This document shows, piece by piece, positions 21,948 to 31,637 of a stretch of 59,351 bases of DNA (position 1 is its first letter; every line of letters starts with the position of its first letter). This DNA comes from an uncultured Eubacteriales bacterium (GTDB lineage Bacteria > Bacillota > Clostridia > Oscillospirales > QAKW01): positions 1 through 59,351 of the forward strand of contig CABULU010000004.1 in assembly GCA_902492505.1 (NCBI GenBank), in the 5' to 3' direction. The notes beneath the pieces were generated by a model. That model was not told the DNA's origin and ran no database searches. It saw nothing but the letters and a program-made list of their open reading frames with translations. Made by a program: the position numbers and the translations under genes.

Positions 21948-22931
21948 ATGGAAAATAAAAGAGGTAAACGTTTTTTATCGGCAGTGCTCTCTTTCTTACT
22001 GATTTTAACCGCAATTCCTATACTGCCTATACTGCCTAAAGCTTTTGCTCAGCCATCAGAAGCGGCGGCGACAGAGCCTGCAAACGGACAAATCATCCCG
22101 TATTATGAAGTATGGCTTCGCTGGAATGATGTGAGCGACGAAGATCATTACATTATTAGTGTAAGGGATATTACAAACGGAGACAACAGTGACCCGAATA
22201 AGCTTCTGTATTCCAACGTTTGGGTAAATAAAAACAGCACTTATTTCGTTATACCGACAAGTAAGTTAAGCCGTGGCGGTTTGTATCGCTGGTCTCTTTG
22301 CAGTGTAGCTGCAGACGGCTCTAAGAACTATACTCCACCAAGAACGTTCAGGATAGAGCATTCGAATACTTATGGTATAGATTCACACCTTTTTAAAACA
22401 GGTTACTCAAGCGCAAGCCATATAGATTATTTCATACATGAACGTACATCAGGCTATGGTGCAATCTTAGAGCAAGGCGTCAACGCATGGAACGGTATCT
22501 CGTCAAAGGTATATCTGCACAGAGATTACAGTGATGTATCAAAGCAATTGGGAATTTATGAAGCTATACCTGATAATATATATGATTTTGGTGTAGCATA
22601 TCTTAACGGAGCAACTAATCCTTATTTAGATAATGAGCCTTTTAAATCTCATACTGTTCAGTACACAGAAATTTATATTTATAAACAAAATTTAGACAAC
22701 GATTCATACTATGGCTCAAATATGACCCGTCATAGGGCAAATATGTCTCATGAAGTAGGTCACGCGCTTTCTTTAGCCCACACAAACGGGGATAATCCTT
22801 TTTGTCACTATCCAATCGATTACTCAACAGAAGGTGTTTTAGTAAGACATATAATGAACAAAGGAAGTAACATAAGTGACTATATCACGACAACAGACCG
22901 TGATCATTTGAGAATTAAGTGGGGTGCATAA
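21948..22931 (+). CDS. Secreted zinc metalloprotease (HExxHxxxxxH, metzincin-like)
   Basis: Signal peptide ending AFA-QP. The zinc-binding motif is MSHEVGHALSLAHT, where the usual Gly of HExxHxxGxxH is Ser. Confidence 0.7.
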   Translation: MENKRGKRFLSAVLSFLLILTAIPILPILPKAFAQPSEAAATEPANGQIIPYYEVWLRWNDVSDEDHYIISVRDITNGDNSDPNKLLYSNVWVNKNSTYFVIPTSKLSRGGLYRWSLCSVAADGSKNYTPPRTFRIEHSNTYGIDSHLFKTGYSSASHIDYFIHERTSGYGAILEQGVNAWNGISSKVYLHRDYSDVSKQLGIYEAIPDNIYDFGVAYLNGATNPYLDNEPFKSHTVQYTEIYIYKQNLDNDSYYGSNMTRHRANMSHEVGHALSLAHTNGDNPFCHYPIDYSTEGVLVRHIMNKGSNISDYITTTDRDHLRIKWGA

Positions 22932-22932
22932 T

Positions 22933-23625
22933 ATGAAAAACAAAAAATCAGTTTTCTGCTTAGCTATTGTCTTTATTCTGATATTTACAAGTTCATGTTC
23001 AAAACAACAACCGGAACAAAAAAATGTCGATACCGATGAACTATACAACTATGAAGTAACCGAAGAACCATTTGAATCAATGCCTATTGTGAACAGTTAT
23101 GCAAATTATGTCACCTATGCCGATAGTGATGAAATGTTTGACAAAGCAGAAATTGTTCTTATAGGTATGCCAATTGAAACATTCACCGATGGAGAAGAAA
23201 GATATTTTGACTCCGAAAATAACGAAGTAGAAAAGGATTCGGGAGTTAAAATCTTTCACCGCTCAACAATACGAAATATCAAAGTTTTAAAAGTCATTAA
23301 AGGAGAATGGACAGAAGAAACAATAAAAGTTGCAGAAAAGGCTGTAACCGAAACAGACGAAAACGGAAATAAATATATTTCAGGATTGCCGGAAGGACAA
23401 TATATTGCCAAAAAAAATGTAAAATATATTTATTTTCTCACTAAAGCATTGACTAAAGATGCTGACTATTATTTTGCACATTTTGATCAAGGCAAAATTA
23501 ATATTGATGGGTTAGACGTTAACGGCCAATCCACAATATCGACCCAGCGTCTAAATGAAGTCAAATCACGTTTTTCCGCCGATTTTGCAAAGTATGATCG
23601 TTCAAACGAGCTTACTGCAAAATAA
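22933..23625 (+). CDS. Lipoprotein, paralog 1 of a tandem pair
   Basis: MKNKKSVFCLAIVFILIFTSSC contains a lipobox. It starts 2 nt after the protease stop. N- and C-termini are almost identical to 23743-24438. Confidence 0.65.
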   Translation: MKNKKSVFCLAIVFILIFTSSCSKQQPEQKNVDTDELYNYEVTEEPFESMPIVNSYANYVTYADSDEMFDKAEIVLIGMPIETFTDGEERYFDSENNEVEKDSGVKIFHRSTIRNIKVLKVIKGEWTEETIKVAEKAVTETDENGNKYISGLPEGQYIAKKNVKYIYFLTKALTKDADYYFAHFDQGKINIDGLDVNGQSTISTQRLNEVKSRFSADFAKYDRSNELTAK

Positions 23626-23633
23626 TTTTTAGG

Positions 23634-23667
23634 TCTTCTGCCGCAATAGCGGCAGAAGATTTTTTTA
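23634..23667 (+). terminator. Rho-independent terminator
   Basis: 11-bp stem tcttctgccgc / gcggcagaaga, 4-nt loop, T7 run. Confidence 0.85.
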
Positions 23668-23742
23668 ATTTTTTTCTAAAAGTGCAACTTTTTTGCCCGC
23701 TAATGTGTAATATAGTCAGAACACAGTAAGGAGGTAATTTAA

Positions 23743-24438
23743 ATGAAAACCAAAAAATCAGTTTTTTGCTTAGCTATTGTCTTTATTCTGATATTTACAA
23801 GTTCATGTTCAAAACCGCAACAAACAGACCAAGAGAGTTACGATACAGATGAACTATACAACTATGAAGTTACTGAAGAGCCGTTTGAAAGTATGCAAAT
23901 TTTAAAATCCTATGCGAATTATAAAACATATGATACAGAATCAGAGCTCTTTGAGACATCTGATATAATTTTCATTGGAATGCCTATTGAAACCTTCACT
24001 GATGGAGAAGAACATTATTATAATTTGAATGGTATTGAAATTTCTGAAAATAGTAGTGAAAAAATAGGCTCATATTGTACAGTAAGGAATATAAAAGTCT
24101 TGAAAATGATTAAAGGAGATGATAATTTAGATACTATAAAAATTGCCGAAAGTGCTGTATGTAAGACCTATGAAGACGGTACCGAAAGAATAATAGGATT
24201 ACCTAATAATTCTTTTATTACTAAGAAGAATTCAAAATATATCTATTATGCAAATAAAGCGGCACAAGATAATATGGATTTTTATGTTCCGCGTTCAGAT
24301 CAGGGAGTTGTAAATATCGACGGACTTGATACAAACAGCTTTAGTAAAATTTCAAGCCAGCGCCTAAGTGAAGTCAAGTCGCGTTTTTCCGCTGATTTTG
24401 CAAAATATGACCGTTCAAATGAGCTCGCTATAAAATAA
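23743..24438 (+). CDS. Lipoprotein, paralog 2 of a tandem pair
   Basis: MKTKKSVFCLAIVFILIFTSSC contains a lipobox. AGGAGG RBS. Shares the ...SQRL(N/S)EVKSRFSADFAKYDRSNEL tail with paralog 1. Confidence 0.65.
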   Translation: MKTKKSVFCLAIVFILIFTSSCSKPQQTDQESYDTDELYNYEVTEEPFESMQILKSYANYKTYDTESELFETSDIIFIGMPIETFTDGEEHYYNLNGIEISENSSEKIGSYCTVRNIKVLKMIKGDDNLDTIKIAESAVCKTYEDGTERIIGLPNNSFITKKNSKYIYYANKAAQDNMDFYVPRSDQGVVNIDGLDTNSFSKISSQRLSEVKSRFSADFAKYDRSNELAIK

Positions 24439-24529
24439 ATCAGTATTTTAAATTGACAACAACAAATAAATTAGATATAATTTTGGTATTATAAAATTTT
24501 ATATTATAGGGAATTTCATATATCCAATC

Positions 24530-25630
24530 ATGAAGTATATAATAACAAAAGAACGCGGTAAACCCGCATATTTGCAACTGTACAACCAACTAAGAAACGA
24601 TATTTTATCAGGAGTTCTACCACACGGAAGCAAGCTGCCGTCAAAAAGACTGATATCGGAGGAACTGGGCATAAGCGTAATTACGGCAGAACACGCTTAC
24701 GCCATGCTCTGTGATGAGGGCTATATTCTCTCAAAAGAACGAAGCGGATATTTTGTATGCAGCGACGGTCCTGTTTTTTTTTCCGCCGCTCCTACAACCT
24801 TTCAGCATAACATCCCTGAAAAACGAAAAACCTCCGATATTGCCGATGCAGCAGACTTTCCGTTTTCCGTATACGCAAAAACAATACGCCGTGTACTCAG
24901 TGACTACGGAGAAAAAATTATTATAAAAACACCCGGAAAAGGCTGCGCCGAATTACAAAATGCAATCCGGGATTATCTTGCAAGAGTGCGTGGAATAACG
25001 GTACAATCAGAACAAATTGTCATTGGCTCAGGTGCTGAGTATCTTTATTCACTTATAACGCAGCTTTTCGGCAGAGACAAAATTTACGGTATAGAAAGCC
25101 CTTCCTATGAAAAAATCGAACAGATATACCGCGCAAACGGCGTAAAGTATGAAAAGCTAAAACTCTCCGGCGACGGAATAACAAGCGCCGCACTGAAAAA
25201 CTCGAATGCCGAAATTTTGCATGTAACGCCATTTCACAGCTTCCCAAGCGGAATATCTGCTTCAGCCTCAAAGCGCGCCGAATATGTTGACTGGGCTTAT
25301 ACGCGCGGAGGATATATTATCGAAGACGATTATGAATCGGAATTTTCTGTATTTTCTAAACCAGCCGACACAATTTATTCAATCGCCCCAGAAGGACGAA
25401 TAATATATGTAAATACCTTTTCAAAAAGCCTGTCGGCGGCAATGAGAATAGGTTATATGGTTCTCCCTGAAAGTTTATTGGAAGTTTACGAGCAAAAGCT
25501 TGGTTTCTATTCCTGTACCGTGCCGTCGTTTGACCAGTACATACTTGCCGACTTTATCGACAGCGGCGAGCTTGAACGTCACATCAACAGAACCCGCAGG
25601 AAGTTCAGAAAACAAAAAGAAAAAGCCTGA
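24530..25630 (+). CDS. MocR/PdxR-type regulator (GntR wHTH fused to a PLP aminotransferase-like domain)
   Basis: N-terminal GntR HTH (LPSKRLISEELGISVITAEHAY) and an aminotransferase fold with FSKSL (PLP lysine). Rather short at 366 aa. Confidence 0.78.
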   Translation: MKYIITKERGKPAYLQLYNQLRNDILSGVLPHGSKLPSKRLISEELGISVITAEHAYAMLCDEGYILSKERSGYFVCSDGPVFFSAAPTTFQHNIPEKRKTSDIADAADFPFSVYAKTIRRVLSDYGEKIIIKTPGKGCAELQNAIRDYLARVRGITVQSEQIVIGSGAEYLYSLITQLFGRDKIYGIESPSYEKIEQIYRANGVKYEKLKLSGDGITSAALKNSNAEILHVTPFHSFPSGISASASKRAEYVDWAYTRGGYIIEDDYESEFSVFSKPADTIYSIAPEGRIIYVNTFSKSLSAAMRIGYMVLPESLLEVYEQKLGFYSCTVPSFDQYILADFIDSGELERHINRTRRKFRKQKEKA

Positions 25631-25647
25631 TTTCATCAGGCTTTTTT
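25621..25647 (+). terminator. Rho-independent terminator overlapping the stop codon
   Basis: Stem aaaagcctga / tcaggctttt plus a T-run. Confidence 0.75.
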
Positions 25648-25684
25648 AATACTATCATTAACAATGTTTCTAAAAGCAAACATC

Positions 25685-26260
25685 TTAGTCTAAAATAAAA
25701 CCAACAGCATCTCTGGGAAGTGCGACGGCATTTGCCTCGTCAGTATCTATATGCATTGCGGTTGCAAATTTCTTTGAAACTCTGAGTACAGTTTCATCAA
25801 AAACAAGACCGCGTTCACCGCCGATTTTGACAGATACTGTCTGCCCGTCCTTAAGATTCATTTTCTCCGCGTCCTCAGGAGTCATATGTATGTGACGCTT
25901 TGCAGCGATAACACCCTCTGTGAGAGTAACCTCACCGACAGGTCCTTTTATTGTAACGGCGCCAGAACCCTTTACGTCGCCGCTCATGCGTATAGGTGCC
26001 TCAACACCGAGCGTTCTCGCATCGGTAAGCGATACCTCCACCTGAGTTTCCGGACGAGTCGGTCCGAGAATGGACACATTTGCAATTGTTTTCTTTGGTC
26101 CTATCAGATCAACACGCTCCTCGCAAAGATATTGACCGGGCTGAGACAACTCGCGCTTGGGTGTGAGAGACGCACCCTTCCCAAACAAAGTTTCAAGGTC
26201 ACGCTCTGTCACATGCACATGTCTTGCCGACATTTCAACAATAATTTTTTTTTCACTCAT
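25685..26260 (-). CDS. pduL: Phosphate propanoyltransferase / phosphotransacylase PduL
   Basis: 191 aa with the duplicated RH(V/I)H motif (SARHVHVTERDL and AKRHIHMTPEDA) typical of PduL. Confidence 0.88.
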   Translation of the reverse strand: MSEKKIIVEMSARHVHVTERDLETLFGKGASLTPKRELSQPGQYLCEERVDLIGPKKTIANVSILGPTRPETQVEVSLTDARTLGVEAPIRMSGDVKGSGAVTIKGPVGEVTLTEGVIAAKRHIHMTPEDAEKMNLKDGQTVSVKIGGERGLVFDETVLRVSKKFATAMHIDTDEANAVALPRDAVGFILD

Positions 26261-26325
26261 TTTATTAATCTCCTTATTACATTTCTACAACTTATTATAT
26301 CTCCAAAATATGCATTTTTCAATAA

Positions 26326-26859
26326 CTATTTAAAAAACAGCCTTATAAGAACTCCGGCAGAGATAAACGCGGTTATATCTCCGATAAGAGCACAAGGTAT
26401 CGTATGTCTGGTTTTTTTTACGCCCGCCGCGCCGTAATAAACGCTGACTGTATACATCGTAGTTTCACTCGAACCGAGCATAACGGCAGACACTCGCCCC
26501 GCATAGCTGTCAACACCGAAGCTTTCAATGATTGTTTTAAAAAAGGCCATAGCGCCCGAACCGGATAAGGGTCGTAATATCATCAAAGGTATAGCAGCTT
26601 CCGGAATGCCTATCGTATTTGCAAACGGACTTAGCGCAAAGCTGAAAACGTCCGAAGCGCCGGAGGATGTAAACATCCCGATAAGGAAAAAAAGTGCGCA
26701 CAGAGTCGGTAAAATTGACGCAACAGTATGAATTCCCTCTTTAGCACCCTCTATAAAAGCATCAAAAATGTTGACGCGTTTTATTATTCCCGCTGTTACT
26801 ATCAAGGCGACGAGCACCGGCATTATGTAGCTTTGCAAATTTTCTCCCAAACCTTTCAC
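26326..26859 (-). CDS. spmB: Spore maturation protein B (nucleoside-recognition/Gate-domain membrane protein)
   Basis: 177-aa polytopic ORF downstream of spmA, containing FIEGAKEG near the N-terminus. Confidence 0.8.
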   Translation of the reverse strand: MKGLGENLQSYIMPVLVALIVTAGIIKRVNIFDAFIEGAKEGIHTVASILPTLCALFFLIGMFTSSGASDVFSFALSPFANTIGIPEAAIPLMILRPLSGSGAMAFFKTIIESFGVDSYAGRVSAVMLGSSETTMYTVSVYYGAAGVKKTRHTIPCALIGDITAFISAGVLIRLFFK

Positions 26860-27397
26860 AGATTTTACAGCTTATAACAGCCGCTAAAAGAGATAAAACC
26901 GAGCATATCCATATGCACGGAAGTATGTCAAACGGCGATGTGCTGCCTGCACTTTGTCGTACAGCTGCAAGTGTTGTCGGAAGCAGCTGCACAGACGAGG
27001 TATTTATTACCACAAACAGTATCATGGCATTTGTAGCCGTATCACCGCATGCCATTGACTTTATCGCACGGATTCCATACGGGGTGGCAGCGTTGCCCAG
27101 TCCCAAAAAATTGCAGGATATATTCATTGTAATATTAGTCATTGTCAAACTGTCAAGAGGACCGAAAAGCTTTGTAAGAACAGGCGTCAGAAATTTCGAC
27201 AAAAATTGACACAGCCCTGCTCTGTTTGCAATGTTCATAAGTCCGCTGTAAACTATGATTGCAGCTCCCATTGTAAGTGTAAAATCCACTGCTTTTTCTC
27301 CGCTTGAAAGCACTGCATCCGTAACTGCAGCGGCGTTTCCCTGCATAAGAGCTGTAACCACCGATATAATTATCAATATGCTGAATAGATGTCCCAT
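26762..27397 (-). CDS. spmA: Spore maturation protein A
   Basis: 211-aa polytopic ORF with the N-terminus ...ALMQGNAAAVTDAVLSSGEKAV typical of SpmA. Its 3' tail overlaps spmB by about 98 nt, so the true stop or start is uncertain. Confidence 0.78.
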   Translation of the reverse strand: MGHLFSILIIISVVTALMQGNAAAVTDAVLSSGEKAVDFTLTMGAAIIVYSGLMNIANRAGLCQFLSKFLTPVLTKLFGPLDSLTMTNITMNISCNFLGLGNAATPYGIRAIKSMACGDTATNAMILFVVINTSSVQLLPTTLAAVRQSAGSTSPFDILPCIWICSVLSLLAAVISCKICERFGRKFAKLHNAGARRLDSNSGNNKTRQHF

Positions 27398-27504
27398 AAA
27401 TTTTTATACCAAAATTTCCAAAAAGAGATAGACATTTGTCTTTTTATGTCGTATAATAGATACAAAGTATCGTTTTTTAAAATTTTGTGCAAAGGGGTAA
27501 TGAG

Positions 27505-27747
27505 ATGAAAGCCACTGGTGTCGTAAGAAAAATTGACGAACTCGGAAGAATCGTACTTCCGGTCGAGCTGAGAAGAACTCTTAACATAGGAGTTAAGGAC
27601 TCAATGGAGATATTCGTTGACGGCGACTGTATCGTTCTCAAGCAATACCGTCCCTGCTGTATTTTCTGCGGCGAGGGCACTGATATTATTACTTTTAAGG
27701 GTAAGAATGTCTGTGAGAACTGTATAAAGAAAATGAAAAACATATAA
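27505..27747 (+). CDS. AbrB/SpoVT-family transition-state regulator with a C-terminal Cys4 tail
   Basis: MKATGVVRKIDELGRIVLPVELRRTL is the swapped-hairpin AbrB domain. The C-terminus carries CCIFCG...CENC. Conserved abrB-metG-tatD synteny as in Bacillus. Confidence 0.85.
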   Translation: MKATGVVRKIDELGRIVLPVELRRTLNIGVKDSMEIFVDGDCIVLKQYRPCCIFCGEGTDIITFKGKNVCENCIKKMKNI

Positions 27748-27760
27748 GATAAGGCGCCTG

Positions 27761-27794
27761 AGAGCCCCCGAACCGGGGCTCTTTTTATTTTTTA
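27761..27794 (+). terminator. Rho-independent terminator
   Basis: GC-rich 8-bp stem agagcccc / ggggctct followed by a T-run. Confidence 0.75.
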
Positions 27795-27867
27795 ATAATA
27801 TTGATTTATCAGTCCTTTTAATATATACTATAAAGAAAAGGGAAAATTATGAAAGGAAAATTAAACG

Positions 27868-29790
27868 GTGAATAAAAAGTATTATATATCAACAGCCATA
27901 GCTTATACCTCCGGTAAGCCGCATATAGGCAACACATATGAAATCGTTCTGGCAGACAGTGTCGCACGTTTCAAGCGTATGCAGGGCTATGACGTTTATT
28001 TCCAGACAGGAACAGACGAGCACGGCGAGAAAATACAGCAAAAAGCGAAAGAGGCGGGCATAACACCGCAGCAATACGTAGACAATGTTGCAGGACAGAT
28101 AAAAAGCATATGGGATATTATGAATACTACCTATGACCGCTTTGTGAGAACAACCGATAAAGCCCATGAGGAAAAGATACAGAAGATATTTAACAAGCTG
28201 TACAATCAAGGAGATATTTATAAGGGCTCATACGAAGGTATGTACTGCACACCTTGCGAATCCTTTTTCACGGAAAGCCAGCTTGTTGACGGCAAGTGCC
28301 CCGACTGCGGACGGGATGTCCACAAGGCAAAGGAGGAGGCATACTTTTTCAAGCTGTCAAAGTATGCCGACAGGCTTGAAAAGTATATAAACGAACATCC
28401 GGACTTTATCCAGCCGCCCGCTCGCAAAAACGAGATGATAAATAATTTTATAAAGCCGGGACTTTCGGATCTGTGCGTAACACGCAGCTCTTTTAACTGG
28501 GGAATCCCGGTAACATTTGACCCTAAGCATGTCGTATATGTCTGGATAGACGCTCTTTCAAACTATATTACAAATATCGGCTACGACCCTGACGGAAACC
28601 ACTCAGAGGAGTATAAAAAATACTGGCCCTGCGACCTACATCTTATCGGCAAGGACATTGTCCGCTTTCACACTATATACTGGCCGATACTGCTTATGGC
28701 GCTGGGTGAGCCCCTGCCGAAACAGGTTTTCGGTCATCCGTGGCTTATTATGAGCGACGGCAAAATGAGTAAATCAAAGGGAAACGTAATTTACGCCGAT
28801 GACCTTGTCAAGCTGTTTGGCGTGGACGCCGTGCGTTACTTTGTTCTGCATGAAATCCCGTTTGCAAACGACGGCGTTATATCTTACGAGCTGATCATCG
28901 AGCGTATTAACTCGGAGCTTGCCAACATTCTCGGAAATCTTGTCAACCGCACTATAACCATGAGCCGCAAATACTTTGACGGCAGAGTTTCCCATGGCAA
29001 AGCCGCGGATATTGACATAGAGCTTTCAGAGCTTGCGCTCAAAACCCCGGGTCTTGTTGAAAAGCATATGAACGACATGCATATTGCCGATGCTATCGAC
29101 GATATCTTTTCCTTGCTGCGCCGTGCAAACAAATATATTGATGAAACAGAGCCGTGGATTTTAGGTCGTGAGGACGGCGACCACGAAAGGCTCAAAGAAG
29201 TGCTGTATAATCTTCTTGAAGCTATACGCTTTGCGGCAGTGCTACTCAAACCGTTTATGCCCGATACCTCTAAGGCCATTCATGACCAGCTTAACATTGA
29301 CGACGGCGGGCTTTGCTCGCTCAGTGAATTCGGATTCATTAAAGACGGTCATATACTGGGCGAAAACAAAATACTCTTTGCACGAATAGACGCTTCTAAA
29401 ATGCTTAAGGAAATAGAAGAAAAAAACGCTTCGCAAGCTCCTGCAAAGCCCAAAAAGCCGCAGGAGGAGCAAATCAAGATTGATGATTTTGCTAAAATTT
29501 CTCTCCGCGCCGCCAAGGTGCTGAGCTGCGAACCGCTGAAAAACAGCGACAAGCTGCTTGTGCTTAAGGTTGACAACGGATTTGAAACAAAGCAGATTCT
29601 TTCGGGAATAGCGCAATTTTACGACCCCAAGGAGCTTGTTGGAAAGACAGTTGCTCTCGTAGACAATCTGACGCCGGCAAAGTTGCGCGGTGAGACGTCG
29701 GAGGGTATGCTGCTTGCCGCAGATACTAAAGACGGTGTAAAAGTTTTATTCCTTGACGACGGCATTCCCGCAGGTTCTAAAATAAGATGA
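27868..29790 (+). CDS. metG: Methionine--tRNA ligase with a C-terminal tRNA-binding (Trbp111/EMAP-like) domain
   Basis: HIGN and KMSKS motifs, the zinc knuckle CTPCE...CPDCG, and a C-terminal OB domain (SEGMLLAA). GTG start. Confidence 0.97.
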   Translation: MNKKYYISTAIAYTSGKPHIGNTYEIVLADSVARFKRMQGYDVYFQTGTDEHGEKIQQKAKEAGITPQQYVDNVAGQIKSIWDIMNTTYDRFVRTTDKAHEEKIQKIFNKLYNQGDIYKGSYEGMYCTPCESFFTESQLVDGKCPDCGRDVHKAKEEAYFFKLSKYADRLEKYINEHPDFIQPPARKNEMINNFIKPGLSDLCVTRSSFNWGIPVTFDPKHVVYVWIDALSNYITNIGYDPDGNHSEEYKKYWPCDLHLIGKDIVRFHTIYWPILLMALGEPLPKQVFGHPWLIMSDGKMSKSKGNVIYADDLVKLFGVDAVRYFVLHEIPFANDGVISYELIIERINSELANILGNLVNRTITMSRKYFDGRVSHGKAADIDIELSELALKTPGLVEKHMNDMHIADAIDDIFSLLRRANKYIDETEPWILGREDGDHERLKEVLYNLLEAIRFAAVLLKPFMPDTSKAIHDQLNIDDGGLCSLSEFGFIKDGHILGENKILFARIDASKMLKEIEEKNASQAPAKPKKPQEEQIKIDDFAKISLRAAKVLSCEPLKNSDKLLVLKVDNGFETKQILSGIAQFYDPKELVGKTVALVDNLTPAKLRGETSEGMLLAADTKDGVKVLFLDDGIPAGSKIR

Positions 29791-30611
29791 ACGATAATGT
29801 TTTAGGCTCTCAATTCGGTCTGCCCGGCACCGACAACACAGCTTCAGCTACCGGAATTATTGACACACACTGCCATCTGTACGAACCGGATTACGACGGG
29901 ATAAGGGATGAACTAATTAAAGAACTTCCGAAAAACGGGATTGAAAAGCTTATCTGCGTCGGATGCAATATAAAAACCACAAAACAGTCAATAGAGCTTG
30001 CCCAAAAGTATGATTTCATATACGCACAGGCAGGTTTTCATCCATGCGACACCTCCGATATAACCGATGAAATGTGGGCACAGATGCAGGAGCTTGCATC
30101 GCACCCCAAGGTTGTGGCAATAGGTGAAATCGGACTTGACTATCATTGGGACAGTTCTCCGAGAGATAGACAGCAATACTGGTTTGCAAAACAGATTGAA
30201 TTTGCCGGAAGCGTTAATTTACCCGTTGTGATACACTCGCGAGACGCAACGGCGGACACACTGAAAATACTTAAGGAGCATCAGCCCGAATGCGGAGTTT
30301 TCCATTGCTTTTCCGGCTCTGTCGAAACGCTTAAAGAGGTGCTTAAGCTGGGTCTTTCCATCTCTTTGGGCGGCGTTGTCACCTTTAAAAATGCAAAAAA
30401 CGCAGTCGAATGTGCAAAGTCCGTACCGCTTGACCGCCTTATGCTTGAAACCGACTGTCCGTATCTTGCTCCCGAACCGTTTCGAGGCAAGCTCAACCGC
30501 CCCGATTATACTGTATACATTGCGCAGAAAATAGCACAGCTGCGCGGCATGAATGTTCGGGATGTAATAGACATAACACGCAAAAATGCCGAAATCATGT
30601 TCAAAATATGA
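29787..30611 (+). CDS. TatD-family metal-dependent hydrolase/DNase
   Basis: IDTHCHL, GEIGLDYHW, VIHSRDA and ETDCPYL motifs. Overlaps the metG stop. Confidence 0.92.
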   Translation: MNDNVLGSQFGLPGTDNTASATGIIDTHCHLYEPDYDGIRDELIKELPKNGIEKLICVGCNIKTTKQSIELAQKYDFIYAQAGFHPCDTSDITDEMWAQMQELASHPKVVAIGEIGLDYHWDSSPRDRQQYWFAKQIEFAGSVNLPVVIHSRDATADTLKILKEHQPECGVFHCFSGSVETLKEVLKLGLSISLGGVVTFKNAKNAVECAKSVPLDRLMLETDCPYLAPEPFRGKLNRPDYTVYIAQKIAQLRGMNVRDVIDITRKNAEIMFKI

Positions 30612-30620
30612 GGTGATTAA

Positions 30621-31601
30621 ATGCCGGTTTTACAGAATATGCCAAAAAGCGTGTTTTCAGGCGTCTACAAAAGCGGAAGTCACGTTCAGGGTATTGCAAC
30701 AGACGGAGAATTCATGTATTTTTCTTTTACTACCTTCCTGCTGAAAACAGATATGAAAGGTAATCCTGTAGGCTCAGTCAACGGTCTTTTAGGACATCTC
30801 GGCTGCATTGCATATGACAGCGGTTATATTTACGGTTCTCTTGAATATAAAAACGACAGTATCGGCAGAGGAATACTCAAAAATCTTAACACCGCCGCCG
30901 AATTTTCGGACGCATTTTACATAGCGTGCTTTAATATTTCAAAAATAAATAAAATGAATATGGACGCCGAACGGGACGGAGTTTTGCGGGTCGTCCGTTT
31001 AAAAGACGTCTGCGAAGATTACAAAGCAAACGGACACCGCTTCGGCTGCAGCGGTATTGACGGCATAACCTGCTGCGGCTATACGGCAGATGAACGCTCG
31101 TTGTTTGTAGCCTACGGCATTTACGGGGATACCCAAAGAGATGATAACGACAACCAGATATTACTGCGCCTGACTATTGACAAAGTGCAGAAAAACCTTA
31201 GCCCGCTGTGCCAAAACACCGTTAAAGACATTGCCGGTATCATTGCAGATGAAAAAATTTTCATCTTAACCGGCAACACAACCTTCGGCATACAAAATCT
31301 CGAATACGATCCGTATCTCAATAAAATGATTGCCGCCGTTTATCGCGGAAAAAAACCTCAGTTTAATAATTACAGTATGTTTTTAATAGACCTTGAAAAA
31401 GAACATACCGTCACAGACCGCGAACGTCATTACGGCGCAGAGTGCGCAAAAGGACTTGATTTTGAGTACGGAGCTACGGGAATTGCCGCACTCGGAAACG
31501 GATACTATTATTTTTCACAGGACGGAAAGAATGAGCGCGGGTATTTCACAAATGTTCAAATGTACCGCTATGATAAAAGTCTCGGATTTATTAATATATA
31601 A
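30621..31601 (+). CDS. Hypothetical protein
   Basis: 326-aa ORF with normal backbone-like codon usage. No motif recognised. Confidence 0.5.
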   Translation: MPVLQNMPKSVFSGVYKSGSHVQGIATDGEFMYFSFTTFLLKTDMKGNPVGSVNGLLGHLGCIAYDSGYIYGSLEYKNDSIGRGILKNLNTAAEFSDAFYIACFNISKINKMNMDAERDGVLRVVRLKDVCEDYKANGHRFGCSGIDGITCCGYTADERSLFVAYGIYGDTQRDDNDNQILLRLTIDKVQKNLSPLCQNTVKDIAGIIADEKIFILTGNTTFGIQNLEYDPYLNKMIAAVYRGKKPQFNNYSMFLIDLEKEHTVTDRERHYGAECAKGLDFEYGATGIAALGNGYYYFSQDGKNERGYFTNVQMYRYDKSLGFINI

Positions 31602-31634
31602 AACAGGTGAGGGTCAAATCCCCTCACCTGTTTT
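31601..31634. terminator. Bidirectional rho-independent terminator
   Basis: 13-bp stem aaacaggtgaggg / ccctcacctgttt between convergent genes, with A- and T-runs on either side. Confidence 0.85.
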
Positions 31635-31637
31635 ATA

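Noticed and set aside
26762-26859. 98-nt spmA/spmB overlap as a possible programmed frameshift or fusion
   Set aside because: There is no slippery sequence or supporting structure. Start/stop ambiguity (a GTG start for spmB, a non-conserved SpmA tail) or a local indel error is more likely.
27788-27867. T-box or other riboswitch leader upstream of metG
   Set aside because: Only about 80 nt separate the abrB terminator from the metG start. That is too short for a T-box, and I saw no specifier-loop, T-box sequence or terminator/antiterminator pair.
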